A program made the position numbers and the translations under genes. Below are positions 44,731 to 64,000 of a stretch of DNA of 64,000 nt, one piece after another. The notes beneath the pieces were generated by a model. The model did not search any database and was not told where the DNA came from. It saw nothing but the letters and a program-made list of their open reading frames with translations. Each line of letters opens with the position of its first letter. Within the stretch, counting starts at the first letter, position 1. Source of the stretch: the human T2T-CHM13v2.0 reference genome, Homo sapiens; assembly GCF_009914755.1 (NCBI RefSeq), contig NC_060925.1; one strand, given 5' to 3'.

Positions 44731-45325
44731 TAGAGATGGGGGGGGAGTTCTCCATGTTCATCAGGCTGGTCTCGAACTCCTGACCTCAGTTAATCCACTC
44801 GCCTTGGCCTCCCAAAGTGCTGGGATTACAGGCGTGAGCCACCGCGCTTGGCCATCTTTTGGACTAAATAAAGACTGTTGAGCTACTCTGGCAGTACTCT
44901 TTTTAGAAAAGCACTTGCAGCAAAATTGTGCTTTCAATAAATGATATTAAATTGTGCATTTTATCTTTGAACTCTCAAACTCTGTTATTCTTTTTCAAAA
45001 TAGGAAGTTTCTAGCAAATATGGAAAAGAGGAAATACCCAAATCGATATGTTTTAATGAATTAAATACAGATATTATGCATCTTCTGTGCCAGGCATTGT
45101 ACAGGGCACTGAAGATCTTTCCTGCCCATTATTTTATTTGATCCTCCCAACAACATATGAGGTGGTAGTGGTAGCAATAGTATCCCTATTCTATAGTTTA
45201 GGAAACTGGGACTTAGAAAGCCTTGTCTAAAACCATTGTGGAAATAAGTGGTGGAACTGAAACTTGAAGTCCACACCAACATCCTTGATGCCTGGGCTAG
45301 ATATTGTATTTCATACCAGGCTGGA

Positions 45326-46137
<812 letters not shown>

Positions 46138-46552
46138 GCTGGACTCAGAAGGCACGGCATCTGCTTAAGTTCCTTTTCTTTGAACTTTCTTATTTTGTTC
46201 AAGACTTGGCATTGTAAGAAGTCGCAATACTGGCTTGAATTACTATAGTTTCTCAGTTTCAGATTTTACAGAATGGTAAAACTTGAAGAAAATATTAGAG
46301 GGCCAACTTAAGGGTTTTTTTTTAGTTTATCAAATAAGGGTATTTAAAATGTATTATCTTCACTCATCATTTCAAAATTGAAGGAGCATTTTAACACCAA
46401 AAAAGGATAAAAAGGAAATAATCTCAGAATTTAGAAGTTGATTATATTTAGTTTTGTTAAAAACTCACTCCAGCTGGGTGTGGTGGCTCATACCTGTAAT
46501 CCCAGCACTTTGGGAGGTCGAGGCAGGCAGATCACTTCAGGCCAGGAGTTCA

Positions 46553-46756
<204 letters not shown>

Positions 46757-47929
46757 TCAAACCAACAAAACAGAACAAAAAAGTCTCACTCCATTGTCTA
46801 TATTTTAATCATTTAACTGAAGACTAATGAAAATATTGTCAAGGACAAATATCCCACAAAACAGGGATTTTTGTTTGTTCAGATGTATCTCAAGCACCTA
46901 GAACAGTATCTAGCACTCAGTAAATATTCGATGAAAGAATGAAGGATTTGCAGGAATCTGGTGACCAAAGTTTGGCAACCAGAGGTGTAAGCTACCCAAC
47001 TTGGCATCTTGGCTAGTCAGTCAGCTAACATATTTGAAGTATTTAAGAAGATATGAAAGAAAAAAATGCACAAATCCTATCTTAGGTTGAGAAAATCTAG
47101 TTGGGAGTTATAGAAGATGGATGCCTAAACATGGCTTAATCTCAAGGACAACTAATATCAAATTAGTTGCTCTACTTTTAAGAGAACTATGTAGCGCCTT
47201 TATTCAAGATATTAGAAATGCCTTTGCTAGAAATGGGAGAGTCTTTTCACGGTTCACTAATTTTCCCTAGGAATCTGCAGAACCAATGAGAATGAAAGCT
47301 TTTGAACGTACGATGATGAGGCAGGATTCTGAAGCTTCTATTTAACTGTATTGTCGGGGACATTGAAAACATCAATTGTAACTGTACCAATGAGATGGTG
47401 TTGGTAGCAGCGGTGTCCCTCTTCTATAGATGAGGAAACTGGAACTTAGGGAGGCTTAAGCAAGATCATTGTGGAAGGAAGTGGTGGAAGTGTGGGCATA
47501 GTGCCACAAACATTAAAAACAGGAAAGGTGAGCACAGAACAACTTTCCTTTAAGTCATTTCTCCTTCTTACATCTACCTGGTAAGTCAGCCCAGCCCTTT
47601 GGTAGAGGCACCTGTTACCAATGGCAGCAATAACAGAAGAGGCAGAGGAAGTGAAGATACCTAAGGTGGTGCTAAGGCTAAAGATGAATGACAGTTGCTT
47701 CATTTTATTTGTAAAGTGCAAGTGCAGGCCAGTAATAGCCTTCTTTAACCAGTGTATTTTAAGTCCTATACATACAAGCAGTTTCCAACTTGCAAAAGTG
47801 TTGTGTTTTAAAAGACATGTAAAGAGGCTGTTTAAAACCAAAAATAGAGGCCGGGAGCAGTGCCTCATGCCTGTAATGCCAGCACTTTGGGAGGCTGAGG
47901 TGGGTGGATCACCTGAGGTCAGGAGTTCA

Positions 47930-48184
<255 letters not shown>

Positions 48185-49703
48185 TTAAACATGTCAATAA
48201 AAATTCATATGATTTAGTCCATAATGTAGCTGAAAAATTATGTGTACACAATGGAAAACAGTACTAGAAATACTGCTGTAAACATAATAGACTTGACCTC
48301 AATTAGACTTGTTCCAGCAGCTCCTGAGACTGGGCTTCTATTGAATGAGCCTGAATTTCATTCCCACTGATTCAACAGTGGTAGCCAACTCTCATGTAGC
48401 AGACATTCTGACTCTGGCCAGGCACTGCTCTAAGCACTTTACATATATTGACTCATTTCATCACCACAAAAATCCTGCGAGGTAGGTATTATTCTTTTCT
48501 CTATTTTACAAAAGCCCTAACCCTAGCCCAAGATCACCTTGCTAGTAAATGGAAGAGGCAGAATCAGGATCCAGGCTGCCTGGCACCAGAGTTCATGCTC
48601 TTAACCACTATGTTATGTTGCCTTTCACTAAAATATAATTGGCTTCTTTCATATCAACCTTTAATTCAATAGAGAGGAAAGGGAAAGTAATTCCTGAGGG
48701 TGTTGGTATGGCAGGCAATCATGCAATTCTATAGAGTAGATACTCAGAATTTTTTTTTATTGAATGCAAGTGATAAATTATTATTGCTTTGAGTGATGGG
48801 GGTCTTACAAATTAATTTTTGTACATTTATGATAGCTAGAGTAAGAAGGTATTCAATAGAAAGACACATGGTATCCAGAAGCAGGTATGAAAACAATAAA
48901 ATAAAATAAAGATGCAGATGGAATTTTCTACTGAGGCTAGGAAGATGCTAGCCTTTCTCTGGTTACTTAAATATTCCATCATTACACTTCAAACCGCAAT
49001 GCCATGTAAGGTTTCAATCTGTCCCAGTAAGTCCTTGCTACTTTGTTAAGTCTCTGAGGGCTTCAAGTAGATACTTTTGATGTATTTTCCAGCTTTTCTA
49101 TTTGCCCTCAGTGGGAAGGCTGGACTGAATTATGTAGTTCACTATGCTGGAAGGGCAAGTCCCTGAGTCCCTGATTCATGATTTTACCATCCTCCACAAC
49201 CTCTGAAACAGCGCCGTCCAACAGAAATGCAGTGTAAGGCACACAGTAAATCTAAGTTCTCTGGTGGCCATATTTAAAAAGTAAAACACGGGCCAGGCAC
49301 GGTGGCTCACGCCTGTAATACCAGCACTTTGAGAGGCTGAGGCGGGCGGATCACCTGAGGTCAGGAGTTTGAGACCGGCCTGGACAAAATGGTGAAACCC
49401 TGCCTTTACTAAAAATACAAAAATTAGCCGGGCATGGTGGTGGGCACCTGTAATCCCAGCTACTCAGGAGGTGAGGCATGAGAATCATTTGAACCCAGGA
49501 GGCAGAGGTTGCAGTGAGCCGAGATCACGCCACTGCACTCCAGCCTGGGCAACAGAGCAAGACTCCATCTGAAAAAAAAAAAAGGAAAACAAAACAAAAA
49601 AGCGAGATAACATTAATTTTAAGCCACATTTTAGGCCAGGCGCAGTGGCTCACGCCTGTAATCCCAGCACTTTGGGAGGCCAAGGCAGGCAGATCACGGA
49701 TCA

Positions 49704-49964
<261 letters not shown>

Positions 49965-50062
49965 TTAACTCAATGATAATATCCATAACATTATCCTTTC
50001 TATTTATAATCAATAAATTATTAATGAGATATTTTTGGTATCATCTTCAAAATTCAGTTTTG

Positions 50063-54145
<4,083 letters not shown>

Positions 54146-56319
54146 AAAATCCAGTTTTGTATTTTATACTTACAGCACATCTCAATTTGAACTTTTCAGT
54201 GTCACATCTCAAGTGCTCAATAGCTTCTTGCAGTTAATGGCTACTGCATTCGACCACACAGGTCTAAGCCCTCATCGCTTTTCCAAAAGCAGAGTTCTGA
54301 TCAAAAGATTTCCTGTTTTGACCAGGTGCAGTGGCTCGCGCCTGTAATCCCAGCACTTTGGGAGGCTGAGGCGGGAGGATTGCTTGAGCCCAGGAGTTCA
54401 TGACCAGCCTGGGTAACATGGCAAGGTCCCATCTCTACAAAAAATACAAAATTTAGCTGGGTGTGGTGGCATGCGCCTGTGGTCCCAGCTACTCTGGAGG
54501 CTGAGGTAGGAGGATTGTTTGAGCCCAGGAAGTCAAAGCTGCAGTGAGTCGTGATCATGTCACTGCACTCCAGCCTGGGTGATAGAATGAGACTCCATCT
54601 CAAAAGATATAGATAGAGATATAGATAAATATAGATATAGATATGGAATAATATTTTTAAAATATATTATTATATAATTATAGATCTATTTCCTGTTTCA
54701 GCACTGTGGCTCACACCTTTAATCCCAGCATTTTGGGAAGCCAAGGGAGGGAGGATCCCTTGAAGCCAGGAGTTCTCAAGACCAGCCTGGGCAACATAGT
54801 GAGACCCTGTCTCTGCAAAAAATAAAAGCCAGACACAGTGTACACCCCTGTAGTCCCAGCTACTTGAGAAGCTGAGGCAGGAGGATCCCTTGAGCGCAGG
54901 AGGTTGCCACTGCACTCCAGCCTGGGTGACAGACTAAGACCTTCCTTCTAAAAAAATAAAAACAAACAAAAATATTTTCTGTGTCAAAACTCTTCAATAC
55001 TTCCATATTGCCTACTAATTTGAACCAAAGTCCTTATTCCAGTATTTCAGATGCTGTACAAAACAAAAGCATTGCTCTATCTTTGCAGTTTCATCTTTGC
55101 TATCCTCACACAAGAACCTTATACTCTAAGCAACTAGTTTTCCTCATATTTCCAGATCATCTATGCTTGTCACCCTCTGCACTGTTGACTTGCTTAATGA
55201 TCCTAATAGTCCTAGCTAACATTAGTTGGATGCCAATTATATGCCAATGAGTGTGCTAGACTCTTTGTGCATTATTATTTAATCTTCACAACTCTATGAG
55301 GTAGATATTATTATCCTCATTTTACAGAGGAGAAGTTAAACTTCTGAGAGGCTAACTTGTTCAAGAGGACAAAACTGTCCATTGACCTAGAAGTGAACCA
55401 ACCTTGTTTTTAAAGTAGTGCTTTCCCAAAATTATCGTGTTGCCTCTCTCTTTCTGGAATTTCCTTTTCTCATTTCTGCTGCTTGAAATTCTGCTCCTCC
55501 TTAATGGCCCATCTCTGAAAATAGCTCTTACAAAAAGCCTTTCTCGGCCAGGTGCAGTGGCTCACGCCTGTAATCCGAGCACTTTGGGAGGCCGAGGCGG
55601 GTGGATCACCTGAGGTCAGGAGTTCAAGACCAGCCTGACCAACACGGCGAAACCCTGTCTCTACTAAAAATACAAAATTAGCCGGGTGTGGTGGCGCATG
55701 CCTGTAGTCCCACCTACTCAGGAGGCTGAGGTGGGAGAATTGCTTGAACCCGGGAGTCGGAGGTTGCAGTGAGCCGAGATCGCACATTGCACTCCAGCCT
55801 GGGCAACAAGAGTGAAACTCCGTCTCAAAAAAAAAAAAAAGCCTTTCTTTATCCCCAACTGGATGTCACTTTTTGAGCTTCTACCAAGCTTTGAGGCTTT
55901 GAGGCTCCTTGTGGCAGACACATAGACTGAGCGCAGAAAAACCATCCTCTTAATTTTCTGTTTAATATGATAATTATTTGTATTTTTGCCTTATGTAACT
56001 ACCTGTTAGCCCATAAAGTACAGGGGCCCTGTAGCTCCTACTCTTCTTCGTGTCCTCCACAGTATATGATGCGATGGTCAGCAGACACTAAATAAATATT
56101 TTCTGATGATTTAAATTATTTCAGCACCTTCATTCCAGTCTGTTGTGGAATCTCATCCTGCACATCACTGCCAAACTGTGCTCCTAAAACACATTTTTAT
56201 CATGCTGTTTTCTAGAAATGTTTTCTGTTGCCTGCTGCATGAAGTCCTGCGCCCCTGCCTTCCAAGGCTCTTTCCCCATGCTCTGGATCCCTTTCCTGAG
56301 CATTTTACTCAATTTGTTT

Positions 56320-56850
<531 letters not shown>

Positions 56851-57816
56851 CCAGATTTTGAAAACTCAGCCTCTGATGTAGCCATGCTGGTCCCATGGAC
56901 CTCCCCAGTTGCCCAATCATTCTTGCCTCCTTTCTAGAATGGCTCTCTCCATTCCTTGGCCTCTTTGTTCTGCAAGATCCACTTCAAGTACTGCCTCCTC
57001 AGAGCCTTCTCTAACTACCCCAACTCTTCTTCCCTCTAGCTACACTTGCACGATACAAATTGTACCACGAAATTCTGATTCTGTATTTGTAGCACGTAAG
57101 ATAGTTTTATCTCACTAGCTAACTTGAAAATACAGGATCTTGTCCTACTCATCTTTGTATTGCACTGTGGCTTAACACATATTTAGATAATAATCAATAA
57201 ACATTCATTGAATTAACTTTTCCTAATTATAATATTCTACATGGTTTGTCTTCATTTCTGGTTCATCATGACTTGGCAGTGGCTTCTGAGGCTTTAAGCC
57301 TTAGGTTTCTCTTTGAATCTCCTCCTGGTATGCAAAAGTCTGTAAACACATACAGTGTTTGAATACATTAGGGGAACATGTCATTAGATAATCTATCCTT
57401 GTATCACTTAAGGTATTTTATAAACTTACACATCATCCTGTGACATTCCAAAGCTGTAAACTGGATTTTTGCAAAGCTGTAAATTGCCCTGAAATGGGGC
57501 ACACTTTTTGCAAATTTATTTCAATAGCGATTGAAAACAAAAAAACAAGGCAAATGTTTTGCACAACAGTTGCACAACAACTAAGTCTTATCCAGAATGC
57601 TGCACAACACTAAGTCTTATCGGGAATGCAGACTCCCTTTCATCACAAACGAGGCAACATCTCCTGAATAACGTGGAAAAGGAGAAATGAAAGCAAAATA
57701 AGGAAGCTTTGTCCCTGCTTGTTACAGTTGTACCTTTTCAAGCTTTTGAAGTAACCATCTCTTAGCTTCATGCCCCCTGAAAATCAGCTGCTTTAAGTTT
57801 CTCTGTCTTATTTAGT

Positions 57817-57817
57817 C

Positions 57818-57856
<39 letters not shown>
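57817..57856. repeat. (TG)n(AG)n compound microsatellite at an Alu tail
   Basis: Direct observation. Confidence 0.9.
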
Positions 57857-59568
57857 CAGTCTTGCTCTGTCGCCCAGGCTGGAGTGCAGTGGTGCAATCT
57901 CGGCTCACTGCAACCTCCACCTCCACGTTCAAGCAATTCTCCTGCCTCAGCCTCCTGAGTAGCTGGGATTACAGGCGCGCCATCACGCCTGGCTAATTTT
58001 TGTTTTTTGTTTTTTTTTGTAATAGAGACAGGGTTTTGCTATATTGGCCAGGCTGGTCTTGAACTCCTGACCTCAGGCGATCTACCTGCCTCAGCCTCCC
58101 AAAGTGCTGGGATTACAGGCGTGAGCCACTGCGCCCTACCCTTATTTAGTCTTAAAGAAAAGGATTTTGAATTTTAGGATGATTCATTCCAATGCTAGTT
58201 CTAGTCTCTGTTAATTTACCCAAGTGTGCTAGGAATTTAATAACATACATTATTTTCATAATAAAATAGTTTACTTCTTACTGACCTCACTGTCCAAGAA
58301 ATGCACAAAGGTGAGGTGAGGAATACCCTTCATGGACTATAGGAGAATATGGGACTAGAAAAGACGATTTTACCATAATGTTGAGTTTCCCCTCAATTAA
58401 CTTTATGTTAATATTATGCAATAACTTTCTGAAGAAAGAAAACAGAATTCTTGAGTCATTAGGGAAAATAGGAATGTTCTGAATTGAAAATATATATTCT
58501 TTCTGATATTCTGTGTAGCTTATCTGCTTGGTGCATTATTTGATCCTAGTAGACATCCCCCATTATCCTACAAGTACTCCTTGTCACCTAGCAATGTGTA
58601 CTCAAAGAAGGAGCTTAATTTTACCAAGAGAACAAAATAAGACATAATTAGGGAGTACTCTAGAAGCCAGTGATAAGACCCCTCCCCTAACAAATGAATA
58701 ACAATTGGTGTGACACATTTGATGTGTTACAATTAATTACAAAGTAAGTCACAAGAAATGTATTACTAATAAAAAAGTACCAACAGTTTGAAAGTGACAT
58801 GTTTAACAATTAGAGCCAATTCAGCAGATTATCCCTATAATAATATTATGTTGATAGATGTGCATTCCAGTATGCTTTCTGGGAGAGAGAAGGGGAGAAT
58901 TATGGGTAGCTACCAACGACTGATATTATTTTGTGAGCGTGTCCGTGGAAATGTGTCGAAAATGTGAACAACATCTGTCTTCTCTATAGTAATATGGGAA
59001 AGTTGAGAATAGCTAAGCTAAAAGGTGTTGGAAGTATACTTTTTTTCACCAGCTTCCCTTCCTCCTTCTCGTGGTAACAGCACCCTGATTTTAAAATGGG
59101 GAAACCCTGACACTCCTGGGCTTAAGATAGAACCAATCTTGCCCCTAGCTTCAAGAGTGGGCATAGGTCCCAAGGCCAGCCTGTCAAAGTTTTGTATCCC
59201 TCCAGCTACAATGACTGGTTGGGGAATGAGCATGTGACACAATCACAGCCTGCAAGACCTGTATCACGAGGTTCTTTGTTGCAAAGAAGAGTAGTCGATT
59301 TTGGCTGACTCAGAATTTGGTAGAAGTTACAAACTGTAAAATGTGGAATTGGCTGAATGGAGGGCGTGGGGATAGGGCAATGAGGACTCTAGTCCAAACT
59401 GGAAATTATGAATTCATGAAATATCTGTTGCCTATTGTTTTGGGGTAAGACCACAGGCCCACTGGAGTGTGGTATGAGAAGAAATGGTAGTGCTGGGCGC
59501 AGTGGCTCTCCCCTGTAGTCCCAGCACTTTGGGAGATAGACAGGTGGATTGCTTGAGCCTAGGATTTA

Positions 59569-60109
<541 letters not shown>

Positions 60110-60619
60110 TCAAAAAAAAGCAAAAAGCAAAACAAAACAAAAAACAAGAAAGAATACAAGAAAGTTACTCAGTAACTTAATCTGAAAGTGTTCTATCTAA
60201 AAGCGTAGAGAGAATAATATATCGCTTTGCTAAGTGAAGTTCTTTCTGCCTATAGCCTGCAATATAAAATCCCATAGTTTAGAGCCCTATAGGGTAGAAA
60301 AAGTACCAAACTGGTCAGGCGAGGTGGCTTACACCTGTAATCTCAGCACTTTGGGAGGCTGAGGTGGGCGGATCACTTGAGATCAGGAATTTGAGACCAG
60401 CCTCGCCAATATGGCAAAACCCCATCTCTACTAAAAATACAAAAGTTAGCCGGGTGTGGTGGTGGGAGTCTGTAATTCCAGCTACTCTGAGGCAGGAGAA
60501 TCGCTTGAACCCAGGAGGCAGAGGCTGCAGTGAGCCAAGATTGTACCACTGCACTCCAGCCTGGGCAACAGAGCAAGACTCCATCTCAAAAAAAATAAAT
60601 AAAAAGCACCAAACTAAAC

Positions 60620-61330
60620 TTAATGCAGAGGCAAGGAGGCAAAAGATTTAGCAAGAAATAAGACCAGAGTTCCAGGCTTCTGTCATGCACCTCCAGCTAA
60701 GCATTTTCCCAGAAAAGAGGGCAAAGCTCAGATTATGGGTATACATCTGCTCTTATGGCTTTTATTTTGAGCTACTTGGACAAGTACCATTAAATGGAGG
60801 TCAGGGGATGGCACAGCACTGAGGTTGATTCCTAGGAGTTTGAAATTCTCAGGTTTAAACATTTTATCTAGAAAAACATTTTTTGGGTGTGACAACTCAG
60901 ACCAAAAGCTACTGAGCTTTTATGGGAACGTATTGCCAAAGAAACCCCAGGCCCAGCAATCTATTGTATTTTCTAGGTTTCCAATTTGTACCACAGCTAA
61001 AGTTGAGTAGGGCATGCCCAGAAAGGGCATTTCCATGTGCCCATCTCTGGCATAGCCGTGGAGAATAAGAGACAAGTAAGATCCTCTAGCAGGAAGAAGC
61101 AGGAGCCATGCTAGACCATAAAGAAGATCCCCATAGAGAGCGAGCCTCGAGTTTCCCAGTTACCTCGCCAAGGAACTCATTCTACTGCCAGGCAAGGAGT
61201 CTTCCATATTCCTGCCTAGCAGGACATAAATTATGCTACAGATCAACAATAACTGTGTGCTATTTTTCATCCATTCTCCTCTTTGCAGAATTAGAGTTTT
61301 CATTGTAATTACTCTGTTCCTATTTTTTTT
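60620..61330 (+). mobile_element. MaLR (MLT-int)-like internal fragment
   Basis: cctgcctagcagga...aactgtgtgct...ccattctcctctttgcagaattagagttttcattgtaattactctgttcct resembles recalled MLT internal sequence. Confidence 0.45.
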
Positions 61331-61905
61331 AAAGATATATTGGCTAAGATAGTTTAAGTTTTACCCAGTATAAGCGAATCTGGCCACTTCTCTCTCCCTC
61401 TACCATGACCACAGTTTAAGTTCCCACCATTTCCCCACTAGACTTACGTAACAGCCCTCTAACTTCCCTACTTCCACGCTACACTCCGCCCTACAGTCTA
61501 TTCTTCCCTGTACCCCAGTTCACATCACTCCCCTGTACAAAACTTTCCCATTTAACAAATATTAAGCATCTGCTTGCCAGGCCTCAAGGAGCCATATCCA
61601 AATTTGAGAAGGAAATCAGAAAGAAATCATCAGCCAGAAATCCTGGTCTTAAGAGTTGAACACTGTAACCAAATAAGGCCCTGGGTTGTCTCTCACCGGG
61701 GAAGAGGAGTTGATAAGCACTCTGTTATACAGGCATGAGCATTTCTTGAATAACTCCTTATTTCTAACAGCATTCTAATTTTGTTTAGATAACCATTGTC
61801 CGTAACACCACAGACTGAAATGAAGTCAGACAGGTGGCCTGGGCCGGGCGCAGTGGCTTACACTGGTTAATCCTAGCACTTTGGGAGGCTGAAGCAGGTG
61901 GATTA

Positions 61906-62470
<565 letters not shown>

Positions 62471-62620
62471 AATAAATTAATTAATTAAAAAAAAAAAAAA
62501 GGCCGGGCCTGGTGGCTCACGCCTGTAATCCCAGCACTTTGGGAGGCCAAGACGGGTGATCACTTGAGGTCAGGAGTTGGAGACCAGCCTGGCCAACATG
62601 GTGAAACCCTGTCTCTACTA

Positions 62621-62821
<201 letters not shown>

Positions 62822-63245
62822 TCATGCTGCTTGTAGGCCACTTAATACTTCTGTATTATATTCTAAGTTCACTAAAATATAAACCCAATGAGGTCTTGAA
62901 TTTTTGTCACTGTTGAATTACCAGAACAGTGCCTGACTCACAGTAAAGGCTTAATATTTGTTAAATAAATGAAAGAGTAATGGGAAAGTTTTGTACAGGG
63001 AAAAACAGACTGTAGGGTGGAGTGTAGTGCAGAAGTAGGGAAGTTAGAGGACTATCACATAAGACTAGGGGGAAACAAAGGGAACTTAAACTGTGTGGTC
63101 ATGCTAGAGGGAGAGAGAAACGGCCAGATTCATATTATATTTTGAAGAGGCAGGGACAGAATTTGCTAATATGGACCAAAAGAGAAGTAGAGAAGAATAA
63201 CAACAAAATGATTGAGCAATATTTAATTTGGAATCACATGGCTAA

Positions 63246-64000
<755 letters not shown>

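Noticed and set aside
47311-47332. C/D-box-like ATGATGA...CTGA
   Set aside because: The boxes are only about 10 nt apart with no terminal stem; far too short for a snoRNA.
61010-61034. p53 response element (GGGCATGCCC)
   Set aside because: Only one perfect half-site; the second has a core mismatch and a 5-bp spacer.

Overview
Human (primate) genomic DNA containing the whole coding region of cathepsin S (CTSS) on the minus strand. Non-coding exon 1 ends at 35503. Seven coding exons (34439-34564, 27663-27785, 24805-24954, 21580-21807, 19805-19970, 17576-17678, 2445-2544) join through GT-AG junctions into 996 nt, i.e. 331 aa plus stop, with Cys139/His278/Asn298 intact. The Alu-containing 3' UTR runs toward the window start. 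This haplotype encodes Trp113. About 28 kb of upstream, repeat-dominated sequence follows (toward CTSK, which is not in the window). It includes a four-layer nest: a MER33-type DNA transposon hosts a frameshifted SCOC processed pseudogene, which hosts Alus and a full-length SVA. It also holds a young AluYb8 and an unidentified poly(A)-tailed insert. Nearly all ORFs in the supplied track are Alu/L1/SVA artefacts. I see no evidence of a novel protein-coding or prokaryotic-type system. The best leads are regulatory or structural: a Tigger3 terminus apparently supplying the branch point of the skippable exon 4; poly(A)-site choice gating the inverted-Alu duplex in the 3' UTR; a dense NF-kB/GAS cluster in intron 1; a 1.6-kb palindromic AT-rich minisatellite; and traces of old intragenic duplication. 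Repeat subfamily names come from remembered consensus sequences and need RepeatMasker/Dfam confirmation.
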